Source: an uncultured Burkholderiales bacterium (lineage in GTDB: Bacteria; Pseudomonadota; Gammaproteobacteria; Burkholderiales; Burkholderiaceae_C). Taken from it: a stretch of DNA of 64,000 bases. Made by a program: the position numbers and the translations under genes. The stretch lies in contig CBIHMU010000014.1 of NCBI GenBank assembly GCA_966211105.1, positions 18,032 through 82,031 on the forward strand, read 5' to 3'. The notes below the pieces were generated by a model. The model ran no database searches. It was not told the origin of the DNA and was given only the letters and a program-made list of their open reading frames with translations. This document shows positions 50,223 to 59,887 of this stretch, in pieces. Every line of letters begins with the position of its first letter. Within the stretch, counting starts at the first letter, position 1.

Positions 50223-50246
50223 AGGCTTCTGCACTGTCGCGGCGGT

Positions 50247-50261
50247 TGGCATGCGGCCTGC
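50247..50261 (+). promoter_or_regulatory. Sigma-54 promoter (topoisomerase IB)
   Basis: TGGCATGCGGCCTGC(C), 25 bp upstream of ATG, with AGGAGG between. Confidence 0.7.
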
Positions 50262-50285
50262 CTTGTGAAAGGCAGGAGGACTGGT

Positions 50286-51464
50286 ATGCCACTGCGTTGG
50301 GTATCCGATTGCGAACCCGGGCTGCGCCGCAAGCGCGCCGCCAAGGGTTTCCGTTATGTCGATGGCGACGGGCGTCCCGTGCGGGACGCCGCGACACTGC
50401 AGCGCATCCGCGCGCTGGCGATTCCGCCGGCCTACGAGGACGTCTGGATCTGCGCCCGCGACGACGGTCACATCCAGGCGACCGCCCGCGACGCGCGCGG
50501 ACGCAAGCAATACCGCTATCACGCCGACTGGATGGCCCTGCGCGGCGAGAACAAGTTCGGCCTGCTGCTGGACTTCGGCCAACGACTGCCACGCCTGCGT
50601 CGCCAGGTGCAGCGCCGGCTGCGCCCGGACGGCGCCGGCGGCAACGTCGACCGTGAACGCGTCATCGCGGCGCTGGTGCGTCTGCTCGACCGCACCTGGA
50701 TGCGCATCGGCCATCGCGAATACGCGCGCAGCAACGGCTCCTACGGCCTCAGCACCCTGCTGTGCCGGCATGTGAAAGTCAGGGGCGACGCGCTGCTGCT
50801 GAGCTTTCCCGGCAAGAGCGGCGTGCGCCATCAGCTCGCGGTGCGTGACGACCGCGTTGCGGCGCTGGTGCGCCGCTGCCGCGATCTCCCCGGCCAGGAA
50901 CTCTTCGGCTATGAGGACGATGCCGGCGACCCGCACCGCATCGACGCCTCCGACGTCAACGACTGGCTGGCCACCGCCGGCGGACCGACCTGCAGCGCCA
51001 AGGTGTTCCGCACCTGGCATGCGAGCGTGCTCGCGCTCGATCTGCTGTCGGACCATGCCCGCGCTGGCACGGCGCCGGCCGAGGCGTTGAAGCAGACGGT
51101 GAAGGACGTCGCCGCGCGACTCGGCAACACCGTGGCGGTCTGCCGCAAGTCCTACATCCACCCGGCCGTGCTGGCGTTTGGCCAGTCCGACCAGTTGGCG
51201 TCCTTGCCGACGCAGCGCTGGATGGCCGCGCCGCCGGCGGTTGCCGGATTGAACACCGCGGAGCGGCGCCTGATGGGACTGCTGCGGACGCAGCCCCGCG
51301 TGGAGGTGGCTACGCCGGCGCCTGCGCCTGAGCCGTCACCGACGAAGCCATCGCGGTCGAGGACAGGCGGCTCATCGGCTCGTCGAGCGGCGCGTCCATC
51401 GCTACCGAAGTCCCCGCCGCCGCCTCGCGCAGCAGGTGCTCGGCCAGCGACGGCCAGTCGCTGA
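50286..51464 (+). CDS. Bacterial DNA topoisomerase IB
   Basis: IPPAYEDVWI, GHIQATARDARGRKQYRY, FPGKSG, AKVFRTW, LGNT..VCRKSYIHP (catalytic Tyr). Confidence 0.92.
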   Translation: MPLRWVSDCEPGLRRKRAAKGFRYVDGDGRPVRDAATLQRIRALAIPPAYEDVWICARDDGHIQATARDARGRKQYRYHADWMALRGENKFGLLLDFGQRLPRLRRQVQRRLRPDGAGGNVDRERVIAALVRLLDRTWMRIGHREYARSNGSYGLSTLLCRHVKVRGDALLLSFPGKSGVRHQLAVRDDRVAALVRRCRDLPGQELFGYEDDAGDPHRIDASDVNDWLATAGGPTCSAKVFRTWHASVLALDLLSDHARAGTAPAEALKQTVKDVAARLGNTVAVCRKSYIHPAVLAFGQSDQLASLPTQRWMAAPPAVAGLNTAERRLMGLLRTQPRVEVATPAPAPEPSPTKPSRSRTGGSSARRAARPSLPKSPPPPRAAGARPATASR

Positions 51465-52065
51465 AGACGCCGGCCGGCTCGCGCAGCGGCGATCGCCGCC
51501 AGGCGGTTTCCGCGCCGGTGTCGAGCAGCAGCCCCGTCGCGCCGGCGCGGTGGCCCGCCTCGACGTCGTCGAGCAGATCGCCCACCATCCACGAGCGGCC
51601 CAGGTCAAGGCCGTGCGCGCGCGCCGCGCGCGTCAGCATGCCGGGCGCCGGCTTGCGACACAGGCACGCCGGACGTCCTTGCGCGTCGGGCGCATGCGGG
51701 CAGACCGCCACGTCGGTCAAGGCCACGCCGAACTCGTCCTTCAGGCGCGCCAGCAGCGCCGCTTGCAGCCGCGCGAACTGGACACGCGTGAACGCGCCGC
51801 GCGCGATGCCGCTTTCGTTGGTGACCAGGACCAGGGCCAGTCCCGCGGCGCTCAGCCGCGCGAGCGCCTCGCCCGCGCCGGGCATCAGGCGCACGCGGGA
51901 CGGATCATGGATGGCCGCGTCGTCCGGCACCACCAGCGTGCCGTCCTTGTCGAGGAAGACCGCCGGACGCAGCGACCCCGGCGACGGCCGGTCGGGCCGC
52001 TCGCGGGAAAAGTCGAGGTCGTGGAGGGAGAGGGTGGTGAGCGGCGCGTCGAGCCAGGCAGTCAC
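51310..52065 (-). CDS. HAD-IIIA phosphatase, GmhB (heptose-1,7-bisphosphate phosphatase)-like
   Basis: FLDKDGTL, VTNESG, CPH...CLCRKPAPGM, MVGDLLDDVEAG. Confidence 0.85.
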   Translation of the reverse strand: MTAWLDAPLTTLSLHDLDFSRERPDRPSPGSLRPAVFLDKDGTLVVPDDAAIHDPSRVRLMPGAGEALARLSAAGLALVLVTNESGIARGAFTRVQFARLQAALLARLKDEFGVALTDVAVCPHAPDAQGRPACLCRKPAPGMLTRAARAHGLDLGRSWMVGDLLDDVEAGHRAGATGLLLDTGAETAWRRSPLREPAGVFSDWPSLAEHLLREAAAGTSVAMDAPLDEPMSRLSSTAMASSVTAQAQAPA

Positions 52066-52086
52066 AGGGCAGCCTCCGCGACGCGC

Positions 52087-52620
52087 TCAGCGCACCCAAC
52101 CGTAGTCGGTCTGGCGCGGCGCCAGCGACTGTTTGTGCCGCGCCATCAGGCCCGACTCCCGTCTCGCGCCGTCGGCGGCCGGATCGATCATCGTGCCGGT
52201 CTGAAGCCCGCCGCCCTGCAGATCGGCCGCGTCGGCCGGCCGCGCGCCGCGCGGCGGCGGCAGCAGCTCGGCCAGGCGGGCCAGCGTCTTGCGCACGTCC
52301 AGCGGCTTGGCCCACAGCTCCAGGAAGCCGCAGCCCAGCGCGTCGAAATCGGAATCGGCCGTCACCGCGATCGCCGGCACCTGCGCCCAGCCGCGCCGCA
52401 TGCGCAGCAGCTTCAGCAGGTCGGAGCCGTGGCAGTCGGGCAGGTGCAGGTCGATCAGCAGCAGCGACGGCTGCAACTGGGCGCTGAGCCGCCAGGCGGG
52501 CATGCCAGCCTCGGCGACGTGCAGGCGCAAGTCACGGCGTTGCTCGAACATCGCCTCCATCACGATGACGTTGAGCGGGCTGTCTTCGACGTACAGCACC
52601 GACGTGAAACCGTCGTTCAT
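52087..52620 (-). CDS. Single-domain response regulator
   Basis: LYVEDSPLN, LLLIDLHLPD, AVTA, KPLD. Confidence 0.85.
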   Translation of the reverse strand: MNDGFTSVLYVEDSPLNVIVMEAMFEQRRDLRLHVAEAGMPAWRLSAQLQPSLLLIDLHLPDCHGSDLLKLLRMRRGWAQVPAIAVTADSDFDALGCGFLELWAKPLDVRKTLARLAELLPPPRGARPADAADLQGGGLQTGTMIDPAADGARRESGLMARHKQSLAPRQTDYGWVR

Positions 52621-52664
52621 CGTTCGCTCCTTCCCTGTTCGAATTCAGTTGGTCGCGAGATATG

Positions 52665-52679
52665 GCAATCGCCGTGCCT
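52665..52679 (-). promoter_or_regulatory. Sigma-54 promoter (receiver / HAD operon)
   Basis: AGGCACGGCGATTGC(C), 45 bp upstream of ATG; 14 of 15 nt identical to the 45610 site. Confidence 0.75.
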
Positions 52680-52835
52680 GAAGCGCTCCCCAACCCTGGG
52701 GATTCCACTGCCTGGCACAGGATGATTCGGCCTCACCGGTGTAACCGGTCGGTGGCCCGCGCGTCAATCTCGGTGACACCTTGGTGGGTCTTCTTTTCCG
52801 GTCGGTTCGCGTGTGGGAAAGACGGCGGACGCGAT

Positions 52836-52850
52836 AGGTATGAGGCTTGC
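52836..52850 (+). promoter_or_regulatory. Sigma-54 promoter (hypothetical gene at 52891)
   Basis: AGGTATGAGGCTTGC(C), 41 bp upstream of ATG. Confidence 0.6.
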
Positions 52851-52890
52851 CTTGCCGGGAAGACTTGCTTCCCACTTCAAGGAGCTCCCC

Positions 52891-53427
52891 ATGGCCACAA
52901 GCATCCGACCCGGCGCCCCGGACGCCCCGGACGACGCCAACGACAGTCCCGGCAGTGCCCCTGCCGAGGACCGCCCCAGCAGTTTCGGCGTGCACAAGCC
53001 GGTGGACCATCTGGTGATCAGCTTCCCCGGCGCGCCGGAGGCCGGGCAGGCCCGTGCGGCGCTGAGCGCGCACGGCATCGCCGAGGCGGACCTCCACGCG
53101 ATCGGCGACCGCGAGATGATCGACCTGGTCGAGCGCGACCTGAAGCGCGCCAGTCCGCTGGCGGCGATCGGGCAGGAGATCAACCTGCTGCGCAGCCACG
53201 GCGAACTGGCCGAACGCGGCTTCCACTTCCTCGTCGTCAAGGCCAAGGATGATGCGCAGGCGCGCGAGATCGCCGAGATCGCCCGCCGCAACCATGCCGA
53301 GCGCGCCCAGTACTACGGTCACTTCATCATCGAGGAGATGCTGGAGCCCGAAGGCGGCCGCCCGCAGGTGTCCGAGTCGCCGCACCGCGGCCTCGACACC
53401 CATCCGAAACCGCCGCTGCCGCGCTGA
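52891..53427 (+). CDS. Conserved hypothetical protein
   Basis: AAGGAG RBS; coherent ORF (FGVHKPVDHLVISF...AQYYGHFIIEEM). Confidence 0.75.
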   Translation: MATSIRPGAPDAPDDANDSPGSAPAEDRPSSFGVHKPVDHLVISFPGAPEAGQARAALSAHGIAEADLHAIGDREMIDLVERDLKRASPLAAIGQEINLLRSHGELAERGFHFLVVKAKDDAQAREIAEIARRNHAERAQYYGHFIIEEMLEPEGGRPQVSESPHRGLDTHPKPPLPR

Positions 53428-53480
53428 ACGGACGCATGCGGCCTCCCGAGCGTCGATCGTCGGTGCCCCCCTTGCCTCCG

Positions 53481-53495
53481 GGGCACGCCGCTTGC
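53481..53495 (+). promoter_or_regulatory. Sigma-54 promoter (elaB/yqjE/yqjK-like operon)
   Basis: GGGCACGCCGCTTGC(C), 63 bp upstream of ATG. Confidence 0.75.
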
Positions 53496-53557
53496 CATCT
53501 CGGTCATCACCGATCCATGTCCCTGCTGCCACTGCGCACGCCGAAAGGAAACTTCCC

Positions 53558-53935
53558 ATGAGCACCACGCCCAACAACGAGAAGAGCGACAAGTCCGTGC
53601 CGTTCACCACCGCCGAAGATGCCGCCAAGCTGGTCAACGGCACCAGCGCGTCCGGCACGCCGTCGAGCACCGCGGCCGCCGATCTGGTGAACCGCGTCGC
53701 CGACAAGGCGCACGCCACGATCGACCGCCTCGCGACCACTGCCGCCCCGAAGGCGCAGCAATTGCAGAAAAGCCTGGAGGACACGAACGAGCTGCTGCAG
53801 GACCGTGCCGAGCGGCTGCGCCTGACCGGCAACGAGTGGTGCGACACCCTGCGCTCGAACGTGCGCGAACATCCGCTGATGGCGGTCGGCACCGCGCTGG
53901 CGGTCGGCCTGCTGATCGCGCGTCTGACGCGCTGA
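53558..53935 (+). CDS. DUF883 / ElaB-YqjD-like tail-anchored protein
   Basis: VREHPLMAVGTALAVGLLIARLTR C-terminus. Confidence 0.85.
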   Translation: MSTTPNNEKSDKSVPFTTAEDAAKLVNGTSASGTPSSTAAADLVNRVADKAHATIDRLATTAAPKAQQLQKSLEDTNELLQDRAERLRLTGNEWCDTLRSNVREHPLMAVGTALAVGLLIARLTR

Positions 53936-53948
53936 CCGCGGCGCGCCC

Positions 53949-54488
53949 ATGAGCGACGTGCCGCACGCTTCGCCATCCTTCCCGCCGCCGTTCCCGCCGC
54001 CGCCGCCGTCGCCTCCATCGCCACCGCCACGTTCCGGGCCCGCACCCGGATCGGCGGCGGACGCTCCGCCTCCGGGCGAGGGTCCGCCGCACGGCACCAG
54101 CTGGCTGGGCGAGGTGCAGGGCATGGCGCGCGCGGCGCGCGGCATGCTCTCCGGGCGTCTCCTGCTGCTCGCGCTGGAACTCCAGCGCGCGAAACACGGC
54201 CTGGTCAGCCTCCTCATCCTGGGCGTGGTCGCGGCGATCGCCGGGGCCACGGCCTGGATCGCGCTGTGGGCCCTGCTGGTGGCGATCGCGGTTCATCTGG
54301 GCCTGAGCTGGCCCTGGGCCTTCGCCGGCGTGCTGGCGATCAACCTGCTGCTGCTGGTGTGGGTCGCCGCCGCGATGAAGGCGCTCACGCCGATGCTGGC
54401 GTTGCCGGCCTCCCGCCGCCAGTTCCACTGGCTGTTCAACGATCCGATGGATCCTGAGGAACCCAGTCCCGATGGCCGCCACCCCTGA
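53949..54488 (+). CDS. YqjE-like membrane protein (annotated as phage holin family) with polyproline N-terminus
   Basis: LLALELQRA, hydrophobic hairpin, LPASRRQ; position after DUF883. Confidence 0.75.
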   Translation: MSDVPHASPSFPPPFPPPPPSPPSPPPRSGPAPGSAADAPPPGEGPPHGTSWLGEVQGMARAARGMLSGRLLLLALELQRAKHGLVSLLILGVVAAIAGATAWIALWALLVAIAVHLGLSWPWAFAGVLAINLLLLVWVAAAMKALTPMLALPASRRQFHWLFNDPMDPEEPSPDGRHP

Positions 54489-55014
54489 CCGTCCCGATCC
54501 CCGACGCATCCCCGATGTCCCCGACCCCGGGGGCGCCGCCGAGTCGATGGAGGCGCTGACGCTGCGCATCGAGATGGCGGAGTTGCGCGTCGTGCGCCGC
54601 GACCTGGAATTCCAGTTGCATTGGGATGCCTTGCAACAGCGCAGCAAGGCCGTGTTCGTCCCCGGCCGCTGGCTGCTGCCGGCGTTGGGCACCGGCGCGA
54701 GCTGGCTGTTCTGGCGACTGGTGCGTGGCAAACGGCGGCGTCACGAGCGTCCTCGTGCCGATGCGTCGGCTCGACGGGCATTCCACGGACCGCAGCCGGC
54801 GCGCGCCGATCACGCCCGGCCGGCCGCCGATCGACCCGAGGTCGGCACGCTGCAGTTGCTGACGATGCTGTGGGGCTTCATGCCGGCGCGTCTGCGCGGG
54901 CAGGTCGGACCCGAGATCACGCAGCTGGTGCTGGGCGTGATCGCCGGCTTCCTGCAAGGTCGCAAGAAGCAGCGGGAAGCGGGGCACGAAGGGCAGCGCG
55001 AAGAGGCCCGCTAG
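54472..55014 (+). CDS. YqjK-like hypothetical protein
   Basis: Overlaps the previous gene; third member of the elaB-yqjE-yqjK-type triad. Confidence 0.6.
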   Translation: MAATPDRPDPRRIPDVPDPGGAAESMEALTLRIEMAELRVVRRDLEFQLHWDALQQRSKAVFVPGRWLLPALGTGASWLFWRLVRGKRRRHERPRADASARRAFHGPQPARADHARPAADRPEVGTLQLLTMLWGFMPARLRGQVGPEITQLVLGVIAGFLQGRKKQREAGHEGQREEAR

Positions 55015-55067
55015 TCGATGGGAGCGGCCCGCACGCGTGCGGGGCCGTTCCTCGCCGACCCATGAAA

Positions 55068-55091
55068 AAGGCGCACCCTCGGGTGCGCCTT
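55068..55091. terminator. Bidirectional terminator
   Basis: AAGGCGCACC-CTCG-GGTGCGCCTT between convergent genes. Confidence 0.75.
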
Positions 55092-55134
55092 GTCTTTGGC
55101 ACGCGGCGCGGGCGATGCCGCGCCATGCCTGCCG

Positions 55135-55593
55135 TCAGACCTTCTCGGCGTTGCGCGCCTGGTCGCGCAGCAGCTTGATCTGGTCATGGTTGCGCAGCGT
55201 GCCCGCCAGCTGGCGCTGGACGACTTCCAGCACGCCTGCGGGCAGATCCTTCTGCGCCGCCTTGCGATAACGCGCCACGGCGGCGTCCTCGCCGCGTTCG
55301 CATTCCTCGAGCATCGCCTTGTCGCTGTAGCCGGTCAGCGTGCCCTTCACCGCGACCCAGCCGCGGTGCATCGCGCCGGCCGTGCTGCCGTCGTCCTCGG
55401 GCTTGCCGCCGTGCTGGCGCACCAGCTGCTGCAGTTCCGAGGCGGCCTGGCGGCATTCGGCGGCGCGCTGCGCGAAGACCTCGCGCAGGCTGGTGCTCTT
55501 GACGTGTTCGGCAGAGCTCAAGAATCCGAACTCGCCGTCCTTGCAGGTTTCGACCAGCGTGTTCAGTTCGTCGATGACGTCCTTGTTGTCCAT
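55135..55593 (-). CDS. PA2169 / DUF2383 four-helix-bundle protein
   Basis: LNTLVETCKDGEFGF, GAMHRGWV, EECERGEDAAVARY. Confidence 0.9.
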   Translation of the reverse strand: MDNKDVIDELNTLVETCKDGEFGFLSSAEHVKSTSLREVFAQRAAECRQAASELQQLVRQHGGKPEDDGSTAGAMHRGWVAVKGTLTGYSDKAMLEECERGEDAAVARYRKAAQKDLPAGVLEVVQRQLAGTLRNHDQIKLLRDQARNAEKV

Positions 55594-55635
55594 GGCAGTC
55601 CTTTCCGATCGGGGGAGTGGTGATGCCATGAAACA

Positions 55636-55650
55636 GCAAGTCACGTACCC
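55636..55650 (-). promoter_or_regulatory. Sigma-54 promoter (PA2169-like gene)
   Basis: GGGTACGTGACTTGC(T), 43 bp upstream of ATG; overlaps the kinase stop codon. Confidence 0.65.
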
Positions 55651-58055
55651 GTCGGCAAGCCCATCGCGCGCCGCAGCGCTTCCAGGATCTGCGACGGCGA
55701 CGCGGGCTTGCGCAGCACGGTGAAGGAGGACTCCGCCGTCAGCGCCTCGCTGAAGCCGCTGATCAGCACGATGGGCAGTCCGGCCCGTCGCTTGCGCAGC
55801 TCGCGGGCCAGCGCCTGGCCGTCCATGGAGCCCGGCATCACCACGTCCGACAGCACGATGTCCACCGCCGCGCCGCTGCCGAAGAGCTGCAGCGCCTCGT
55901 CCGCGTCCTTGGCGCTGAGCACCTGGCAGGAGAAGCTGCGCAGCAGGCCGGCGGTGACGCGGTTGAGTTCCTCGTTGTCCTCGACCAGCAGCACGCGCAT
56001 GCCCGCCAGGCTGTTGGTGAGACCGTCGTCGCGCGTGCGCTCGCGCTCGGTGCCGTCGACGCGCGCGCCGTCGGGCACGAGACGCGCGCTGGTCTGCGCG
56101 GGCAGCAGCAGCGTCACCGTCGTGCCCGCGCCGAGCTGGCTCGCGATGCGCGCGGTGCCGCCCGCCTGCACGCAGAAGCCCAGCACCTGGCTCAGGCCCA
56201 GGCCGGTGCCCTTGCCGACGGGCTTGGTGGTGAAGAAGGGTTCGAAGACGCGCGCCAGCAGGTCGTCGGGAATGCCCGGTCCGCGGTCGGTCACGCTGAT
56301 CGCGACGTACTCGCCCGGCGCGAGGTCCTGCACGTCGCCGGGAGAGGCGCGGCCGGCCTCCACGGTGATCTCGCCCATGCCGTTGGTCGCGTCGCGCGCA
56401 TTGAGCGCGATGTTGATCAGCGCGAGCTCCAGCTCCGACGGATCCACGCGCACGCTCGGCAGGTCCGGCGCCATCGTCATCGCGAGCTGCATGCGCTTGC
56501 CCAGCACGGTGACGAGCAGCTCCTTCATCTCGCCGAGCGTCGAGCGCAGGTCCACGACCTGCGGATGGACCGGCTGGCGGCCCGCGACCCGCAGCAGGTG
56601 CTGGGTCAGCCGGCTGCCGACGTCGACCGACCGCATGATCGCGCCCAGCGGCATGGCCAGCGATTCGGCGTGCGGGCTGCGCTGGATCAGGTGGGCGCTG
56701 TTGCTGATGACGCCCAGCAGGTTGTTGAAGTCGTGCGCGACGCCGCCGGTGAGCCGGCCCAGCGCGGCCGTGCGCTGCGAGCGCGAGCTGAGCTGCTCGG
56801 CCTCGCGCGTGCGGTCGATGGCTTCGTTCACCCGTTCCTCGAGCTCGTAGCGACCCTGATGGATCGCGGCGCTCGCGTCCTCGAGCGCGAGCGCGACCTC
56901 GTCGCATTCGACCATGCCGGTCTTGCGCGCACGCACCGGCTCGCCGGCGCGCAGTTCGTTGGCGATCTCGTTGAGCGCGTGGATCGGTCCGGAGATGCGC
57001 CGGCTGATCCACAGCGCGCCGAACATGCCGACCAGCACCAGCAGCAGCGCGCCGATCGCGATGGGCTGCAGCGCGGCGCGCGCGCCGAAGCCGCTGAATC
57101 CGCCGGGGCCGCCGTCGCGCGGCACTGCGGTCACCACCGTCCAGCCCTGCGGCGACTTGCTGAAGTAGCCGACGACCGGGCGGCCGTCCAGGTTGACCGA
57201 GTCGAACTGCGCCTCGTCGTGCGTGGCCATGAGGCTTTTGAGGTCCTCGGTGCCGGGACGCCCCGCATAGCTGATGCCGCCCGGATGCCGCGCCACGACC
57301 GTGCCACGGCCGTCCATGATCGTCGCGGTCCAGTCCGGCGGGAGGCGCTGCCCGTCGATGATCTGCTGCAGCTCCTGCGGCAGCACGGTGATGCTCATGT
57401 TCAGCCACACATGGCCGCCGCGTTCGATCGGCTGGATGATCTGCGCGCGCAACTGGCCGGTGGCGGGGTCGGGCGCGAGGTCGCCCATGATGGCCTGCTC
57501 GGCCAGCGGCACGCCTTCGCGGACCAGGACCGGGCGGGAGGCGGCGGTGGTCGGCAGACCCGGCGGCACTGTCGCGGTGGGGGCGGTGGCGGCGGTGCCG
57601 ATGGTCGCCCCGGGCGACGGCAGCGCGGAGACCGGAGACGAGGGCGCCGCGGAGGCCGCCGCCGCAGGCGGTACCAGCGACGTCACCGGCACGCGGCCCG
57701 GCGCGAGCCGGGTGCTGAACAGCGTGCGGTCCGGCGCGTTGAGTTCCACCCAGCCGGACAGGCCCTGCATCGCGCGACGCGACTGCAGCTCCAGCATCGC
57801 GAGGTCGTCCGGCGCGATCTGCGGCGATCCGTCCAGGATCTGCGACAGGGACAGCACCCGCGCGATGCCGGCGCGACGCGCCAGTTCCTTGTCCACCACC
57901 ATGGACAGCGCGCGCGTGCTGTCGCGCATATGGCGCACGGTGGCGTCGCGCTCGTCGCTCCAGGTCTGCCAGCTGACCCACAGCGCCGCGATGATGCCCG
58001 GCAACATCACGGACAGGACGAGCACGAGCAGACGGGAACGGATCGGCAGAGGCAT
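55641..58055 (-). CDS. Hybrid sensor histidine kinase (periplasmic Cache-like domain, HisKA, HATPase, REC)
   Basis: TM-periplasm-TM; GVAHDFNNLL, NIALNARDA, DRGPGI, FFTTK..GKGTGLGL, LSDVVMPG. Confidence 0.9.
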   Translation of the reverse strand: MPLPIRSRLLVLVLSVMLPGIIAALWVSWQTWSDERDATVRHMRDSTRALSMVVDKELARRAGIARVLSLSQILDGSPQIAPDDLAMLELQSRRAMQGLSGWVELNAPDRTLFSTRLAPGRVPVTSLVPPAAAASAAPSSPVSALPSPGATIGTAATAPTATVPPGLPTTAASRPVLVREGVPLAEQAIMGDLAPDPATGQLRAQIIQPIERGGHVWLNMSITVLPQELQQIIDGQRLPPDWTATIMDGRGTVVARHPGGISYAGRPGTEDLKSLMATHDEAQFDSVNLDGRPVVGYFSKSPQGWTVVTAVPRDGGPGGFSGFGARAALQPIAIGALLLVLVGMFGALWISRRISGPIHALNEIANELRAGEPVRARKTGMVECDEVALALEDASAAIHQGRYELEERVNEAIDRTREAEQLSSRSQRTAALGRLTGGVAHDFNNLLGVISNSAHLIQRSPHAESLAMPLGAIMRSVDVGSRLTQHLLRVAGRQPVHPQVVDLRSTLGEMKELLVTVLGKRMQLAMTMAPDLPSVRVDPSELELALINIALNARDATNGMGEITVEAGRASPGDVQDLAPGEYVAISVTDRGPGIPDDLLARVFEPFFTTKPVGKGTGLGLSQVLGFCVQAGGTARIASQLGAGTTVTLLLPAQTSARLVPDGARVDGTERERTRDDGLTNSLAGMRVLLVEDNEELNRVTAGLLRSFSCQVLSAKDADEALQLFGSGAAVDIVLSDVVMPGSMDGQALARELRKRRAGLPIVLISGFSEALTAESSFTVLRKPASPSQILEALRRAMGLPTGT

Positions 58056-58149
58056 GGGCGGAGAAACGGAGGAACGGGCGGGCCGCCACCGCGGCCAGAG
58101 GCCGGCGGCGCGGACAGGGACGCCGGGGCGCGGGCGTCGCGGCGGCAGA

Positions 58150-59370
58150 TTATGGGTGGTGCTGTTCAAGGGCGTTCGGACGCGCCACCACGGGGGTGGC
58201 GCCATCGGCAGGCGGCAGGGGGCTGTGCGGAGCGACGAGCGGGGGGACGTGCGGCGCGAGGGACGGCGGCCGGGGCGGCCGCAACAGTGTGCTCAACGGC
58301 GTGCACGGGCGGTCGCTGCCGCGCAGGTACACGGCGACCGGACGCATCTGGCGGTTGCGCTGGCTGATGCTGCGCAGGCAGATGAGCAGCGGCACCGCCA
58401 GCACCGCGCCGACGACGCCCCAGAGCCAGCCCCAGAACATCACCGACAGCAGGACCGACAGCGGATTCATCGACAGCTGCTTGCCGATCACCATCGGGGT
58501 CACGAAGTTCGACTCGATCGCGTGGATGCAGAGGTAGGACAGCACCGGCGCGGCCAGCGCGGCGAAGCCCGCGTCGCCGAGCGAGGCCGCCAGCGACGCC
58601 GCCAGCAGCAGCCCGCACATGATCAGGGGGCCGAGGTAGGGGATGAAGTTGAACAGCGCGGCCAGCGCGCCCCAGAAGCCGGGGTTGGGCAGGTCCACGA
58701 ACCACATCGTGCCCGACACCACCAGGCCGACGCCGATGTTGATCAGACTCACGGAGCCGACGTAGCGCGAGATGTCGCGCTGCGCGGCGCGCAGGCCACC
58801 GAGCACGACGGCGCGCAGGCGCGGTCGATGCGGCAGCAGCTCGATGCAGCGCGACAGCACCCAGTGTTCGGACGCGAGCAGGAAGTACAGCAGGATGGTG
58901 GTCGCGGCGGTGGACACCAGGAATTTCAGGCCGATGCCCAGCGCCTGGGCCGTCAGCGCCACGCCCTCGCTGGCGATGCGCTCGCGCACGGGATCCGCGG
59001 GCGGCGTCGGAGCCGCGGCGCGACCCGAGGTCCGCCGTTCCACCGGCGGCCCGAAACCCGGGATCGCCGCGCGCCACCGGTCCACCTGGCTCAAGGCCTG
59101 CGACACCGCCACCGGCGCACGTTGCCACCACTGCGCCAGCGGATCCACCAGCAGCGCCGCGCTCAGCACCGTGCAACCGACCACCGTCGTCACCAGCATA
59201 GCCGCGCTCACCGACTCGGGTATGCCGTGATGGCGCATCGTCCGCACCGCCGGCGCCAGCACGAAGGTCAGGATCAGCGCCACCAGCACCGGCAGCACGA
59301 TGGCACTGGCTTCCTTCAACAGGAACACCAGCGCAATCAAGAGCAGGCCTCGCGTCGCCCAGCGGCGCAT
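58150..59370 (-). CDS. AI-2E family transporter (start may be TTG at 59400)
   Basis: LPVLVALILTFVLAP, FWGALAALFNFIPYLG, ESNFVTPMVIG, WGWLWGVVGAVLAVP. Confidence 0.88.
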   Translation of the reverse strand: MRRWATRGLLLIALVFLLKEASAIVLPVLVALILTFVLAPAVRTMRHHGIPESVSAAMLVTTVVGCTVLSAALLVDPLAQWWQRAPVAVSQALSQVDRWRAAIPGFGPPVERRTSGRAAAPTPPADPVRERIASEGVALTAQALGIGLKFLVSTAATTILLYFLLASEHWVLSRCIELLPHRPRLRAVVLGGLRAAQRDISRYVGSVSLINIGVGLVVSGTMWFVDLPNPGFWGALAALFNFIPYLGPLIMCGLLLAASLAASLGDAGFAALAAPVLSYLCIHAIESNFVTPMVIGKQLSMNPLSVLLSVMFWGWLWGVVGAVLAVPLLICLRSISQRNRQMRPVAVYLRGSDRPCTPLSTLLRPPRPPSLAPHVPPLVAPHSPLPPADGATPVVARPNALEQHHP

Positions 59371-59443
59371 CGTGGTCGGGGGCAGGGCGGAGGGGCGCAA
59401 GATGGTAAGGATGACGGGAGAAGGGATCGGGCAGGCTCTTGAA

Positions 59444-59458
59444 GCAAGGGCTGGGCCA
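59444..59458 (-). promoter_or_regulatory. Sigma-54 promoter (AI-2E gene)
   Basis: TGGCCCAGCCCTTGC(T). Confidence 0.6.
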
Positions 59459-59542
59459 GCAGGGAGCGGTACCACCAAGGTCCCGGGGGAGAGGTACAGC
59501 GGGTGACGGTGGGGGTGGGTGCTGGGAAGTGGACTTCGCTGC

Positions 59543-59633
59543 GTCAAGCGCGGGCGCTCCACGAGGCAGGGGGCATCGCGTCCGCGAACCCCCAGCCTCA
59601 TTCCGGCCCCAGTGACTGACGTTGACTGCCGGT
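59543..59633. repeat. ~90-bp structured intergenic element, copy 2
   Basis: Homologous to 18461-18550; stems GAGGC/GCCTC and GGGGG/CCCCC. Confidence 0.7.
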
Positions 59634-59872
59634 GAGCGGGCATGCGGAGGCTGCCGCTCGGTAAAAGGTGCCGAAAGCCTTGCGGGGCGGACGGGCCGCG
59701 GCGTGGTCCGAGGGGGGCGGGTCGGGCGAAGCGGTGGCCGGGCGGCGTCTGTAGGTGCGCCGCGGGACGATGGGTCCATCGCCCGGCAGGCCCCGTGCCT
59801 ACAGGGATTGCGGCTTTCGGGCAGGCACGCCGAATGGCGCGCGCTCCGCGATATGAAAACGCCGCGGCGAGG

Positions 59873-59887
59873 TGGCATGGTCCTTGC
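59873..59887 (+). promoter_or_regulatory. Sigma-54 promoter upstream of the rpoN paralog
   Basis: TGGCATGGTCCTTGC, near-perfect consensus, 134 bp upstream of ATG. Confidence 0.75.

Noticed and set aside
53949-54488. Phage holin annotation as a sign of a prophage
   Set aside because: Context is the cellular elaB-yqjE-yqjK-type triad; no phage genes are present.
55097-55111. TGGCACG near the terminator
   Set aside because: No -12 GC at the right spacing and it faces a gene end.
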